Part shown: piece after piece, positions 27,569-37,870 of the stretch | How positions within the stretch are numbered: position 1 is the first letter of the stretch | How the letters are laid out: each line of letters starts with the position of its first letter | From: an uncultured virus (IMG/VR IMGVR_UViG_3300035643_000181) | Taxonomy: Duplodnaviria; Heunggongvirae; Uroviricota; Caudoviricetes | DNA length: 64,000 nt | IMG/VR virus record: IMGVR_UViG_3300035643_000181 | Direction: 5' to 3' (one strand) | The notes under the pieces: generated by a model | Database searches by the model: none | What the model saw: the letters and a program-made list of their open reading frames with translations, nothing else | Told to the model about the DNA's origin: nothing | Program-made: the position numbers and the translations under genes

Positions 27569-29224
27569 TTACCTCCATCCCATCAATTCATTAGTGCCAT
27601 CATCTTTAGCCATCACAACCATAAAAGGCTTCATAAGAGCCTCTCTCCACCATGATGGAAACAGGTCGTGATATTCAGTGAACAACCGGGAGAAATTTTC
27701 ATCAAGAATGTACGAGGTACAGAAATCTGTAGGCGATCTCATCCCCCGGCCAGTGGCCTGGACAATCGAACATACTGCTTGCATGGCATACCAGAGTGGT
27801 CCGTCACTGGCAGAGTAGAGACGGCGGGAGATCTGAATATCACCCAGGTTCGGGTAAGGCACTTTCAGGATGATGATAAAACTGCAAAGGCCATTCGGTA
27901 AATCGACTCCCCTCTCCATAGAGGGAGATACCATTACCAATGGCCTGGAGTCTGCCTTGAAGGATTCCAAAGCAGAGGTACGGCTTTCGGTATCATGCTG
28001 GCAGAGGCGGGCTTGGTGTCGGGAATTATCGAAGACGTAACGGGCAAGCGGGTAGGAAACCGTATGGATTAAGCCTTTCTCATCTGGGTGCTCTGCAATG
28101 ATTTTATCCATAGCCTTCACCATTTGAGGCCAGGCTTGCTCTTTGTTCTTATGGTTCATATCGACTGATGGTATGAAGAGAATAGGCCGGCGCTCTCGCG
28201 GAAAAGTAGAGGGCAACTCCATAAATTCAATATCATCCTCTTTAAGACCTAACGTATGGGCAAATAGTTCCGGCGGTGGGAGCGTGGCACTCATCACCAG
28301 GAAACGCTCGCCATGTTCCCAAAGTCTTCTAGATGAGTATCTCGAGATAAACACCGGTTTCCAGGTCCAATTAAAATCCGAGGGGATAAATACCCAGTTG
28401 CTCAGATCTTCACCAGCAAGCCATTTGAGCTTCCTGCTAAGACGCTCCATATCCTGCATTTCCTTAATGTGAAATAGGTTCGTTTCACTTGTCATCAGGA
28501 GTTCATTAATACGGCGGTCTATTGTGGGGATAGCAAAATCATCACACCATCTAATCCAGTCCTCCGGAACGGACTTACGTGGTGGCTCAAGTCGCAATTT
28601 ATGAATAGTTACCTTACTGATGGAAACCTCAATAAAGCTCATTAGACTCCTCTCGGTAAGGTCGCCCTCATCAAGACAAACCCAGGGCCAATCGGAGAAA
28701 CTACCGGCAAAATTGGCCTCATTCAGAAAGAAAGGAGTGTTCAGTACTGCCAGTTCGGCTGATTTAGCAAGAGACTTTTGTTTAAGATAAGGACACTCGC
28801 CCTTACAGGGACATTCCTTCACTTTATGCTTCGAATCCCGGGCGGTACAGCCTTCATATCGACACACTTTGCATAATTCCGGGTTGTTGTTACCCCTTTT
28901 AACAGAACACTCATTAGCCGTCAGGTCACTAGATTTAAGGCAGGAGTAGTTAGCTCGGCCTTTTAGCTCCACTGCATAAGGAAAATCATCAATAACCTGC
29001 TGCTGTAACTGTTTGGTGTAGGAAGTGTACAGGATGCGGGTCTCGATATATTTACCCAGGGCGGCCATGGTTAACGTTTTACCCGAGCCAGTAGGAGCTT
29101 GGCAGAGGATAATCTTTTTCTTCGACTGAGCGATCCTTTCGATGGTCTCAATCTGGAAAGGCCGAAAGTTTTTAAACTTCTCCGGTAGGCCGAGGTCGGC
29201 CGGAGTCATGTTACTTTTTGTCAT
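27569..29224 (-). CDS. DinG/XPD-family SF2 helicase
   Basis: FRPFQ, APTGSGKT, KGRANYSC, LDEGD, MSAT, GVDLP, QATGRGMR; Cys cluster. Confidence 0.9.
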   Translation of the reverse strand: MTKSNMTPADLGLPEKFKNFRPFQIETIERIAQSKKKIILCQAPTGSGKTLTMAALGKYIETRILYTSYTKQLQQQVIDDFPYAVELKGRANYSCLKSSDLTANECSVKRGNNNPELCKVCRYEGCTARDSKHKVKECPCKGECPYLKQKSLAKSAELAVLNTPFFLNEANFAGSFSDWPWVCLDEGDLTERSLMSFIEVSISKVTIHKLRLEPPRKSVPEDWIRWCDDFAIPTIDRRINELLMTSETNLFHIKEMQDMERLSRKLKWLAGEDLSNWVFIPSDFNWTWKPVFISRYSSRRLWEHGERFLVMSATLPPPELFAHTLGLKEDDIEFMELPSTFPRERRPILFIPSVDMNHKNKEQAWPQMVKAMDKIIAEHPDEKGLIHTVSYPLARYVFDNSRHQARLCQHDTESRTSALESFKADSRPLVMVSPSMERGVDLPNGLCSFIIILKVPYPNLGDIQISRRLYSASDGPLWYAMQAVCSIVQATGRGMRSPTDFCTSYILDENFSRLFTEYHDLFPSWWREALMKPFMVVMAKDDGTNELMGWR

Positions 29225-29396
29225 ATTTCTCCTTCAAGGCAAAGATGGCTTCTGCTCTTCTGGATTCTATTTCCCTTTTAGCAATTTCTAAAGGTTTATT
29301 GCATAGTGCACTCTGTAGACCAGCCAGAAACCCATTGTAGTAAGCATTTATGCGGTCGGTTTCAGCCTTAAAATCATCCATCTTTACCCTCCACAC
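29211..29396 (-). CDS. hypothetical protein
   Basis: Short ORF in operon. Confidence 0.45.
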   Translation of the reverse strand: MWRVKMDDFKAETDRINAYYNGFLAGLQSALCNKPLEIAKREIESRRAEAIFALKEKYDKK

Positions 29397-29952
29397 TAAA
29401 GTTTTGTAGTATCATGATCAACACAAAGGCATGGCCCATCTTTCTGATGGGGTCATAAACCACACCTTTGAGTGTTTTCCCCATCGCCTCGTAGTCATAG
29501 GCATCATAGTCGAGTAGAACGATATCTCTGCCACTGTTGTAAAGCTTCTGTAGTCTTTGAAAGGCATCAGTCCGTATAACATTTTTCTTATATTCCGGGA
29601 TATAGGTCTGTTTGCGTGCATCAATATAGGTCAGCTTTTCGTCGTTCCAGAAAGAATAGGCCGGAATAGCCCCCTTACCCATGGGATACCGATGCGGCTT
29701 GGGGTCGGCAAATCCCCGGTCTCTCCACATAAACCACTCCGGAGTAGGGAGACCATCTTTCCCTAAGTAAGCCCCATATACCTTACTGAATTGCCACAGG
29801 TTTTCAAACACCCTGGCTGGTGGAGCGGGCAGGACAAACGGGCTGAGCTCCCGCCACTCACCCCCATTTGAGGTAACATCAATGACGAGTGCACCTTTAG
29901 GTATATACCCGGGTATGTTTTTGCTGAATTTGGATAATGCTTTAACTAACAT
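29374..29952 (-). CDS. DUF6939-like protein
   Basis: IDVTS, LSPF, ENLWQFSKVY, L.YIDARK.TY.P.Y, LLDYD, HA.VL. Confidence 0.6.
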   Translation of the reverse strand: MLVKALSKFSKNIPGYIPKGALVIDVTSNGGEWRELSPFVLPAPPARVFENLWQFSKVYGAYLGKDGLPTPEWFMWRDRGFADPKPHRYPMGKGAIPAYSFWNDEKLTYIDARKQTYIPEYKKNVIRTDAFQRLQKLYNSGRDIVLLDYDAYDYEAMGKTLKGVVYDPIRKMGHAFVLIMILQNFSVEGKDG

Positions 29953-30884
29953 CTTATCAACTCCTTCAGGTAACCAATACCTTTGTTCTGAGCTACCTCA
30001 GTAATATCTTTCCCGAATTTCTTATTCCACCTCAGAATTACAGCACCCTGGACGAAGTGCTGGCCAGTACCAATTATACGGAGCAGTTCCCTAGCATTCC
30101 TCCTGCCGGCCTCATCTTGATCAAGAGATACCAGTATGCGCTCGCAGCGAAACAAATGTTTAACATCTTCCCAGATGCTCACCATACCGTGGGCGCCATT
30201 GGTAGAGGAAACTGCGGGGATCCCTTCCTGCCAGAGTACCAGGGTATCCAACTCACCTTCGCATATTACCACGCTGCGGGATCCCGTGAGGGCGCCCTGG
30301 TTGTACAGAAGGGTCTGATTACGCCCCTCGATACCGTAGTACTTCGGACCCTGGGTACCGAGCGAATCATCACGCCGGAAGCGGATGGTCAGGAGGTCCC
30401 CGCTGGGATGCCAGACGGGAATCGTAAAAGCCCGGCCGTCATAACCGAGCAGCTGGCCATCGATGATCCGGTCGGAGAGAGTCCGCCGGCGGAACCACTC
30501 TCTCTTTTCCCCGAGATTATCGTGATACCGCCGGGCAACAGCCGGGTCCATCGGTTTTAGCTCTTTCTTGGGTGGCGGTGCCTTTACCTTCGGCAGCGGA
30601 GTAGTGATAGGAGCATTCCCATACTTCGCCGCTAGGACCTCAATAGTGCCCTTGAAATCCCGCTTTATATCCAGATGTTCTTTTTCTGCTAGCCAATCGA
30701 GAACTGATTGGTGTTTCCCACAGCCGAAGCAGTGGAGGTCGTTAGAGTAAATAGCTAGGCTATCCCGCTTGTCATCGTGATAGGGACAGCGCATCAAGAC
30801 CGGTTTGTTCCCCGATATCCTTTTCCCTGGGGCGATTAGTTCTCTGAGGTCTAACCTCGCCTCGAGTTCTTTGTAGTCAATCAT
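29946..30884 (-). CDS. DnaG-type primase (CHC2 zinc finger + TOPRIM)
   Basis: CPYHDD...HCFGC, ICEGELD, LDQDEAG, KDITE. Confidence 0.9.
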   Translation of the reverse strand: MIDYKELEARLDLRELIAPGKRISGNKPVLMRCPYHDDKRDSLAIYSNDLHCFGCGKHQSVLDWLAEKEHLDIKRDFKGTIEVLAAKYGNAPITTPLPKVKAPPPKKELKPMDPAVARRYHDNLGEKREWFRRRTLSDRIIDGQLLGYDGRAFTIPVWHPSGDLLTIRFRRDDSLGTQGPKYYGIEGRNQTLLYNQGALTGSRSVVICEGELDTLVLWQEGIPAVSSTNGAHGMVSIWEDVKHLFRCERILVSLDQDEAGRRNARELLRIIGTGQHFVQGAVILRWNKKFGKDITEVAQNKGIGYLKELIRC

Positions 30885-31038
30885 TCTTCTAACTCATAAT
30901 TAGTGTATCGTAACCTTGCTTCTTTAGGTATCGCATGAGCTTCTTTACATTGTTCGCAATAATGCTTCCCGGTATCTATGTCTTCATAAGCCTCTTTTTT
31001 CAAAGCACCACATTGGTCGCATATAAAAGCCGTTATCT

Positions 31039-31548
31039 TCATTGCTTCTCCAGCCACGATAAGTCTTCTTCATCAGGGTCGGGTATGTCTACCTCGAAAA
31101 AGTTCAACTGACCTTTGTAAGGAATGGGCTTATCGAGCATCCGGGGATACTCGAGGGTGAAACCGTACTTCCCCAAAAACCACGGATTATCACTCTGGGT
31201 AACCTGGCCAGTTATCACGATGGTCCCCAGGAGACAGCCAAAATACCCCGTCTCTTGAAGTTTAGGCTTGTTGTTACGGTATAGGTAGTATAAAGCTACC
31301 ATCGCGTTTGTAGTGTGAACACAGCGTATCCGTTGTTCGGTATTCATTAGTGCAGCGATCTCCGATGGCATCACCTGATACAATCCCATACTGGCATGCA
31401 CCCAAATACGCTGCGGCACCTTAAAAGCCTTGGGTAATGGCCAATCGCGGTTCTCGATGGGCTTGAGTGGTACGCGGTCGTTCATTAAGTCATATAGCTG
31501 CAGGACCAGCCAAGCATACGGTTCCTGAAAACTAAGTGCTAAACTCAT
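31039..31548 (-). CDS. ASCH-domain protein
   Basis: ALSFQEPYAWL, K.IENRDW, IWVHAS, PIPYKGQLNFF. Confidence 0.8.
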   Translation of the reverse strand: MSLALSFQEPYAWLVLQLYDLMNDRVPLKPIENRDWPLPKAFKVPQRIWVHASMGLYQVMPSEIAALMNTEQRIRCVHTTNAMVALYYLYRNNKPKLQETGYFGCLLGTIVITGQVTQSDNPWFLGKYGFTLEYPRMLDKPIPYKGQLNFFEVDIPDPDEEDLSWLEKQ

Positions 31549-31581
31549 TTCTTGTCTCCTATCCCAAACGGACTAGTATTT

Positions 31582-31851
31582 TTATTGCTGTTTAAGGACA
31601 TGGCGTAGCTCAGTCCACCAAAAATCCCGGACTGATTTTTTAGTCTGAGTGTGTAATTGCACACGTACATACCCTACCGAACGCCCTGCGCCATGATCGA
31701 CAACTTCTCCATCTGTTGGCATCCGTTGCCGCAGGGAAAGGTAAACCTCGACCTTGCTCCCAACCGGATACTCTTTCTCCATGGCCTGTCGTAATTCCGC
31801 CTGAGCCTTAAAAAGGTTTTGTTCTAATTGCTTTAATTCCTCTCTACTCAT
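31582..31851 (-). CDS. hypothetical protein
   Basis: GGAGG RBS. Confidence 0.55.
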   Translation of the reverse strand: MSREELKQLEQNLFKAQAELRQAMEKEYPVGSKVEVYLSLRQRMPTDGEVVDHGAGRSVGYVRVQLHTQTKKSVRDFWWTELRHVLKQQ

Positions 31852-32071
31852 GAACCCCTCCTTGCATTAAAATCCAAGGGCAAAATGCCCTGTTGCGCCC
31901 TTTTTAGGTCTAATGGGATTCCCCAACCGTCCAACTGGCCTTTTTACTCAATAACTTCCATTTTGAACACGCAATCTTTACGGAACAGGCAATCCAAGAT
32001 GTTCTCGGGACTGGATATTGGTGGCTTCCATAAAATCTCATAGCGACCACATTCATAAGTAATACAAATCG

Positions 32072-32518
32072 TCATAGACTGCCTCCTTCTGTTAAATAAA
32101 ACTTTTTCTCCTCTATCACTTCATATAACGTCTTGCCTGTCGGCATAATCATGTAGGGTAAGAATACCTCTTCCATCTTAACCATTTCAGTATCGATTAT
32201 CGCCATCTGGGCCTCTACCCAATCCTTAATGATGCGCCAGGCAATTCTAACTGCTTGCTCCCGGTTGACAAAACGCCTCGGGACCTTACCCTGTCGCCAT
32301 TGTTTTTCCAGTACCCGCAGCGTAGCATCGGCATCAACCGGCAGCCGAATTCCCAATGTTCCGTGAGCTGTGAGTATTTCAAAGGAAAGAGCAACTACTT
32401 CACTACCCTTGTACTCTGTAAGTATAGATTTGGCACCATGGTCTACCAGTATTGAGCTAACCTCATTAGCTGTCTTTAATGCCTCAATGGTGGTTGTATA
32501 GTTTAGTAAAGCCATCAC
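32072..32518 (-). CDS. conserved phage hypothetical protein
   Basis: LLNYTT...QAVRIAWRIIKDWVEAQ...VFLPY, a pattern common in phage ORFs. Confidence 0.7.
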   Translation of the reverse strand: MMALLNYTTTIEALKTANEVSSILVDHGAKSILTEYKGSEVVALSFEILTAHGTLGIRLPVDADATLRVLEKQWRQGKVPRRFVNREQAVRIAWRIIKDWVEAQMAIIDTEMVKMEEVFLPYMIMPTGKTLYEVIEEKKFYLTEGGSL

Positions 32519-32533
32519 GCCTCCTTAATATTG

Positions 32534-32722
32534 CTATTTCAAAGCCAAAAAGGTTATTCCGCAACCAAAAAGGAAAAGGGTAAGTCCCACATCCATACAA
32601 GCAACACAATGATTGTGATTTAGTATTGCTAATGTTGCAAACCCTGCTGCTACGGCTGAGGCAAGAAATATTAAGATACATCCCAGGAAGAGTAAAAGTT
32701 TTTCCTTGTCTTCCTCACTCAT
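32534..32722 (-). CDS. small membrane protein
   Basis: Two hydrophobic segments; ATG after GAGGAGG; flanked by a 16-nt near-direct repeat. Confidence 0.55.
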   Translation of the reverse strand: MSEEDKEKLLLFLGCILIFLASAVAAGFATLAILNHNHCVACMDVGLTLFLFGCGITFLALK

Positions 32723-32733
32723 CGAACACCTCC

Positions 32734-34355
32734 TCAATATTGCTCCAACCACGATAGGTCATCGTCATCCTGGACCCGGGGCAGAGGAAAAGCAAAATCC
32801 TGTTCCGATTTTAGAATTATTAAACGATTTACTGCCCGGGTCACAGCAACATAAAAGACTAGGGATTCGGGATTTTTGTCCCGGCAGTAACCATCCCACA
32901 CCCGGCGGGTTAGATCAGGGCAGAGGTAGACGGCAGACTTTTCCCGGCCCTTACTACCGTGAATGGTCGTTAGTACCAGTTTGGGTTCCTCCTCAAAAGC
33001 CTGTCGCCCGTCACTCAATACCCGGTACAAATAGGTCTTGTCATCACCATCAAAATCCCTGCAGAGCACATTACCGAAAGCACCATGGCCAACAACAGTG
33101 GTCATAAAGGCTTCGGTAAACCCCATCTTGAGGAGATCGCCGGCCCAGTATTCTCCCTCCACCAGGTTGCTAACCCGCTTCTTGGCGCCCCATTCCAACC
33201 ACGGCCGGCCGGTATGCTTCATCAGGTTGGCCAGGTCGGTCGAAGATACGTTTTCACCCTCTGAGATTTTGTAAAGAGTATAGAATGCCCGGCCGCGGCT
33301 ATCCGTCAGAGGACTGTGGCGGCCGCGCTCCGTTTTGAACGGGATACCCCGGGTCCGCAGCTCATTGGCATAAAGAGAAAGCAACCACCGGGTGCGCGCC
33401 AGGAGAAAAGCGCTTTCGTCTCCCCACTTGATACTGCCGAACTGCTGCTTTTCCACACTACCGGGCCTATCGGCTGCAGAATACTTGGGAAAGGGCAGAT
33501 TGGCACGTTCAATGATTTTCTGGGCCATCTCTTTAACCTGGGGTGTTAGGCGGTAGGAATGATTGAGTACCTGTTGTTCCCCAGGAAACTCAAAAAATAG
33601 CTCCGGGTCTGCCCCCATAAATTGATAAATTGCCTGGTAGGGATCGCCGGCGATATAGTAGCTTTCTACCTTACTCGCCCACCTCTGCATCAGACGCATC
33701 AACAATGGGCTGGCGTCCTGGCTTTCATCGAAGATAAGTACCTTGGCGCCCAGAGGAAAGATATCACGCTCTATGGCTCGGGTAATCATGTCATCAAACG
33801 ACCACAGGTTATTTCCCTGTTTGTATTGTTCACGGCGCTCCATATATTGTGCCACCCCGGCACGACTCCACTCATCAGGCGGATCCTGCTGGCGCATGAA
33901 TTTCCTGTAGGCGTCCTCGAAGCCGAGGCAACGATTGGCCATAAATGAGGTAAAGGCTTCATAATAGTCAGGTACCGTCTTCAGCATTGACTCGCTATAT
34001 CGTTCCTCGAGGTCAACCTTATCCTCTCCGGACTCTTCCGAAAAAGCATAGTGGTACTTCTTGCCGAATTCCCGGAGTTTACGCTTGTTGAGAACCTGGT
34101 CTCGCTTGAGCCCGAGAAGACGGTAACAAATACTGTGCTCGGTAGAGAACCAGGGATATCGGTCTACCGGTCCGCCGAAGCGGGCTATCGCACGGTTTCT
34201 CGCTTCGTGAGCTGCCGCCTTGGTAAAAGAGCAAAAGACGATCTCTTCGGGTTTTCGTCCCCTGGCCATCTCCTCCTCGCATATTTCAATGAGGCGCCGT
34301 GTTTTCCCGGTACTCAACCAGGCGGGCCCCAGAGCTTAACCCTGTTTCCCGTCAT
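32734..34355 (-). pseudogene. UvrD/Rep-like SF1 helicase with Walker A interrupted by a 5-nt insertion
   Basis: GPPG-[TGAGT at 34316-34312]-TGKT; otherwise intact SFTKAAA, DESQD, GDPYQAIY, TIHGSKGRE, YVAVTRA. Confidence 0.75.
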
Positions 34356-34360
34356 TTTCA

Positions 34361-34873
34361 TCACCTCCTTTCCAGAAAGCTAATTTGCCCGGCAGAAATC
34401 GCCCGGTCGTATTTCGTTTGGGAAGTAACCGCGGGCGGACGCATAATGGCATGAATCTCCAAATGACACTCGTGACATAACGCTACTAAATTCCAGGGTA
34501 GGTGGTAGGCAGAAAACTCCGGCCGGTAACCTATTGTGCTAAGCGGTACGATATGGTGAACCTCCAAGCGTATACTGTACTTTACACGATGTCCTTCAAG
34601 TTGCCCGCAATTCTCACATTTACCTCCGGCTCGCTGCCGTGCCCACCTGGAAGCGCTTCCCCATTCGAAGTGCTTATAATACAGTTCCATGTGGCCATAG
34701 CAGTACCGCTTAAGTTTCCCTTTGAGTGGTTGCCCACACCAGAAACATATACCCGGTGTGACTTCATAACCAGTAATAACGGTGTAGGTCTTGTGGTCCC
34801 TACAGACTGTACCGAGGTCGAAGTGTAATAATTCCTCCCCGGATTCAATCAACAGAGCAGATTCCAAACTCAC
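34361..34873 (-). CDS. HNH endonuclease
   Basis: CENCG...EVHHIVP...NLVALCHECH. Confidence 0.85.
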   Translation of the reverse strand: MSLESALLIESGEELLHFDLGTVCRDHKTYTVITGYEVTPGICFWCGQPLKGKLKRYCYGHMELYYKHFEWGSASRWARQRAGGKCENCGQLEGHRVKYSIRLEVHHIVPLSTIGYRPEFSAYHLPWNLVALCHECHLEIHAIMRPPAVTSQTKYDRAISAGQISFLERR

Positions 34874-35161
34874 TTCGTTTCCTCAAATAATTTCGCCTAT
34901 TAATATAGGGCATTTTCCGCTACCTTTTTACCCAAAATCGACCGACGAGTTACCGTGCCTAGCCGCTACATTTATAGCTAAAGTAGCGTTCAGGCACACT
35001 GCTACACTACTACATGATTTTTATGAGTATTTGACATTATAGTGAAAATTAAAATCATATCTAATATTGGTCGTGTAGCGTGTAGCGGGTCGAAAACACA
35101 AAAAGCATATATGCTTCTAAATTTCCTAGCGCTAATAGCAACTTTTTTCTAGTACCAAAAT

Positions 35162-35770
35162 TCAACTAGGTTTCCTCTTTGTTTCTAAGTTAGCCCTTGC
35201 TGTCAAAAATACCCAGTCCGGATCTTCATCAGGATGTTTTGCTCTTACCCTTTCTACCTCACTAATAAACTCGTCCTTAAACATGCGCCAACCCAGTGTT
35301 TTGCGAACGTCATCAAACGTTCTCTTTGGGGTGTAGGTTCTTGGTACCTTAACCTTAGCATCTTCTTCTAGCCAACTTAGGTCCTCCTCTTCTTTTAATT
35401 TTGACCATACATCCTTGATAGGGTGGAAGTGCATATCTTTGTCGTAGGTAAGTAGGCCAGAGCGCTCATTTAACTCTCTAAATATTGGCTCCACCCATGG
35501 AGTTTCCTCATCTGGTATTACGAATATTGAGAGTATATTTTTAAAAGGAAGCCAAAAAATAGTTTGCCCGATGCCTTTCTGCATTTCGTCTTTACTGGCT
35601 ATGCTTGGTTTTACCTCTGCCACTAAGGTATAGCTAGTTAATTTATGCTTGTAAGATCCATCTGGTCTGGGCCATTTAACCGGTAATACATGATTACGTA
35701 CCCGTCTCCACCCCTTACCTTCTAAATATTGATTTAGCTTATATAACGCTACATTATGTGTGATAATCAT
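35162..35770 (-). CDS. hypothetical protein with restriction-endonuclease-like motif
   Basis: VAEVK...KGIGQ...; GGAGG RBS. Confidence 0.55.
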   Translation of the reverse strand: MIITHNVALYKLNQYLEGKGWRRVRNHVLPVKWPRPDGSYKHKLTSYTLVAEVKPSIASKDEMQKGIGQTIFWLPFKNILSIFVIPDEETPWVEPIFRELNERSGLLTYDKDMHFHPIKDVWSKLKEEEDLSWLEEDAKVKVPRTYTPKRTFDDVRKTLGWRMFKDEFISEVERVRAKHPDEDPDWVFLTARANLETKRKPS

Positions 35771-35798
35771 TTGTACCTCCTAGTAAAATCCTATTACA

Positions 35799-37448
35799 CT
35801 ATGTAGCGGTTGTCAACTTCTCCTTGGGTGGTATCAACCCCCAGCGGTGTTTCAGGTTGTAATGTAGGGTTGAAACTGATATTTCCTTACCGAATTGGGT
35901 GGTTAATTCCCTGGCGGTCGCAGAGGTATTACGCCCGTGTTTTTCCCAGATCGTTATAATCTGAGCCTTGTGGGTATCGAGTTCTCCCGGCACTATACTA
36001 TCGAGCTCAGGTTCCTTCTCAGATGGCTTCATCTTCTCGATAGCCTTCCACAGGTCCATCAGAGCGCGCAGGACCAACCGGGCGCCTCGGGTATGCTGGC
36101 AATTCGGTAGGGTCTGGACGTACTCATCCCAATTGGACAGTAGCTTACCCAGACCCACCGGGTCGGTCACTTCAACCAGCACTTCGTAATATTCCATATG
36201 GGGTTTCGCCAATGTGCTTTTAAAAGCCCGGACGGTATTGTCCTTGAGTAAACCCAATCCATATGCCAGCATTTCCGATGGAGACTTTCTCTGAACTTCA
36301 CTAACAGGTCGGCATGTCTTCTTGAGGAAGCTGAAAAATTCCTCCTCAGTACAACCCGGCTCGTAATCCCCCAGGGGCTTTTGGATGCGCTCTTTGTCAA
36401 TGTGCTCATCGCCTGGCTCGGCTCGCTCCCAGTTCATGTGTTCATCCCTAGATATGGCTTGTTTACTTAGCTTCGACAATGTTCCGCGAGATATTTTCCA
36501 TCGTTTAACAGTTTTTGCCTCTCCTAATTCCGCCAGGTCTTTTAAAATAGCTTCCCTATTCTCCTGGTAATAATTATGCAGTTCTAAAAGGTAGTCCACA
36601 TGGGGGCCTGGGCTGGGCTTTTTCGGTATCGGGGACCGCTCGCCCTCTTTGTGTTTATCTTGTCTCTGGGCTCGCTCCTGCTGCGTGGTCTTCTCATTAG
36701 GGATGGCTTGCTCAGGGATTGTAGTTTTCTCACCTTGCCTGGCTCGCTCCTTGTCGATGTGCTCATCGTTCTGAAAGGCCCGCTCTTCTGCAATAGGTTT
36801 CTCTACGTTGCTAGCACGCTTATGCTGTGCGATTTTCTCATCCTGGACGGCTTGCTCAGGGATTGTAGTTTTCTCCGTCTTTTTTGCCCGCTCACTGTCA
36901 AGGTGCTTATCGACACTAGCGGCTCGCTTATGGCTTATAGGTTTCTTGTCAGTTTTGGCCCGCTCACCGAAAATAGTTTTCTCTACGTTTCCGGCTTCCT
37001 CAAAACCCTGTTTTGCCCATTGCCATCCCTCCTGGACCTTATCTAGATGGTTAGGGCAGAGATAAAACCTGGCGATGATACCATTCTGGGACAGCGCATT
37101 CGAATACCAGTTATCTTTTCCACCTCTCATTTCTCCACATGGCAGATCATCAGGTGGTTGGTTATCACAGAAGAGGCAATGGCGGTTGGTGTCCTCTACT
37201 TCTTCAGGAAATTCTTTTGGTGTACCCCATTTTCTCGACCAGCATTTCGGGCACTGGCGTGGTGGGGCCTTACTATGCCACTCATGACCGCATTGCTGGC
37301 ACTTATAAACCAAACCTTTCCTCTTGTGCTTCCCTTGTTCACTCTCACGTGACACTTCCACCACTTTGGCTTCTTTTGTATGAGCCTGAGCGATGCGCTC
37401 TCTATTCATCCTGGCTGCTTCTAAATTATTTAAGTCAACAAGTTTCAT
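35799..37448 (-). CDS. zinc-ribbon/HTH protein containing in-frame 12-aa repeats encoded by a TIGR-like array
   Basis: CQQC..CPKC N-terminus, HTH-like C-terminus, ATGA coupling with upstream gene, ERA...EK/DKH 12-aa periodicity. Confidence 0.75.
   Translation of the reverse strand: MKLVDLNNLEAARMNRERIAQAHTKEAKVVEVSRESEQGKHKRKGLVYKCQQCGHEWHSKAPPRQCPKCWSRKWGTPKEFPEEVEDTNRHCLFCDNQPPDDLPCGEMRGGKDNWYSNALSQNGIIARFYLCPNHLDKVQEGWQWAKQGFEEAGNVEKTIFGERAKTDKKPISHKRAASVDKHLDSERAKKTEKTTIPEQAVQDEKIAQHKRASNVEKPIAEERAFQNDEHIDKERARQGEKTTIPEQAIPNEKTTQQERAQRQDKHKEGERSPIPKKPSPGPHVDYLLELHNYYQENREAILKDLAELGEAKTVKRWKISRGTLSKLSKQAISRDEHMNWERAEPGDEHIDKERIQKPLGDYEPGCTEEEFFSFLKKTCRPVSEVQRKSPSEMLAYGLGLLKDNTVRAFKSTLAKPHMEYYEVLVEVTDPVGLGKLLSNWDEYVQTLPNCQHTRGARLVLRALMDLWKAIEKMKPSEKEPELDSIVPGELDTHKAQIITIWEKHGRNTSATARELTTQFGKEISVSTLHYNLKHRWGLIPPKEKLTTAT
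36384..36464 (-). repeat. TIGR-like mini-array 3 (2 units plus edge), inside the same CDS
   Basis: aaacaagcc-atatctagg-gatgaacac-atgaactgg-gagcgagcc-gagccaggc-gatgagcac-attgacaaa-gagcgcatc. Confidence 0.7.
36633..37001 (-). repeat. TIGR-like array 2 (10 x 36-nt units plus terminal edge repeat), inside a CDS
   Basis: Edge GAGCGRGCC-like 9-mer, 9-nt spacer, loop GAGAAAACT/GATAAACAC-like 9-mer, 9-nt spacer; exact 36-nt period. Confidence 0.85.
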
Positions 37449-37711
37449 AATGATCGGAATTCAGGAAGAGACAAATAACCATACTCTGGTGGGTACTTTT
37501 GCCACTCGTTATCTTGCCAGTCATCGGGACCGACAATGATTTTTATTTCATAGCCTTCGCCATCGGTACACCAGGCATTGTCGAGTGAAGACTGTCCGTT
37601 CTGAATAGCCTCCGTAATCTTTTTGAGTAAATCGATTAAACCTTCCTTGTTCCCTACGATTTTGGCTTCTGCATGTTCGTAGGGCTGGGCGTATATGTGG
37701 ATAACTTTCAT
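37445..37711 (-). CDS. hypothetical protein
   Basis: Coupled ORF; IVGNKEGL...DGEGY. Confidence 0.6.
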   Translation of the reverse strand: MKVIHIYAQPYEHAEAKIVGNKEGLIDLLKKITEAIQNGQSSLDNAWCTDGEGYEIKIIVGPDDWQDNEWQKYPPEYGYLSLPEFRSL

Positions 37712-37870
37712 CTTTCTAAAAGCTCCTGATATTCGTTAGTTGCATAAATTCCACCATAACTAGCCCACCATAAATCTGAGGTATAGGATTCCCAACACTC
37801 TTGGCATAAGTTATCCCACTCAGCGATGTTCTCATGGCACTTTGAACACATCATTCTCCTACCTCCTGTC

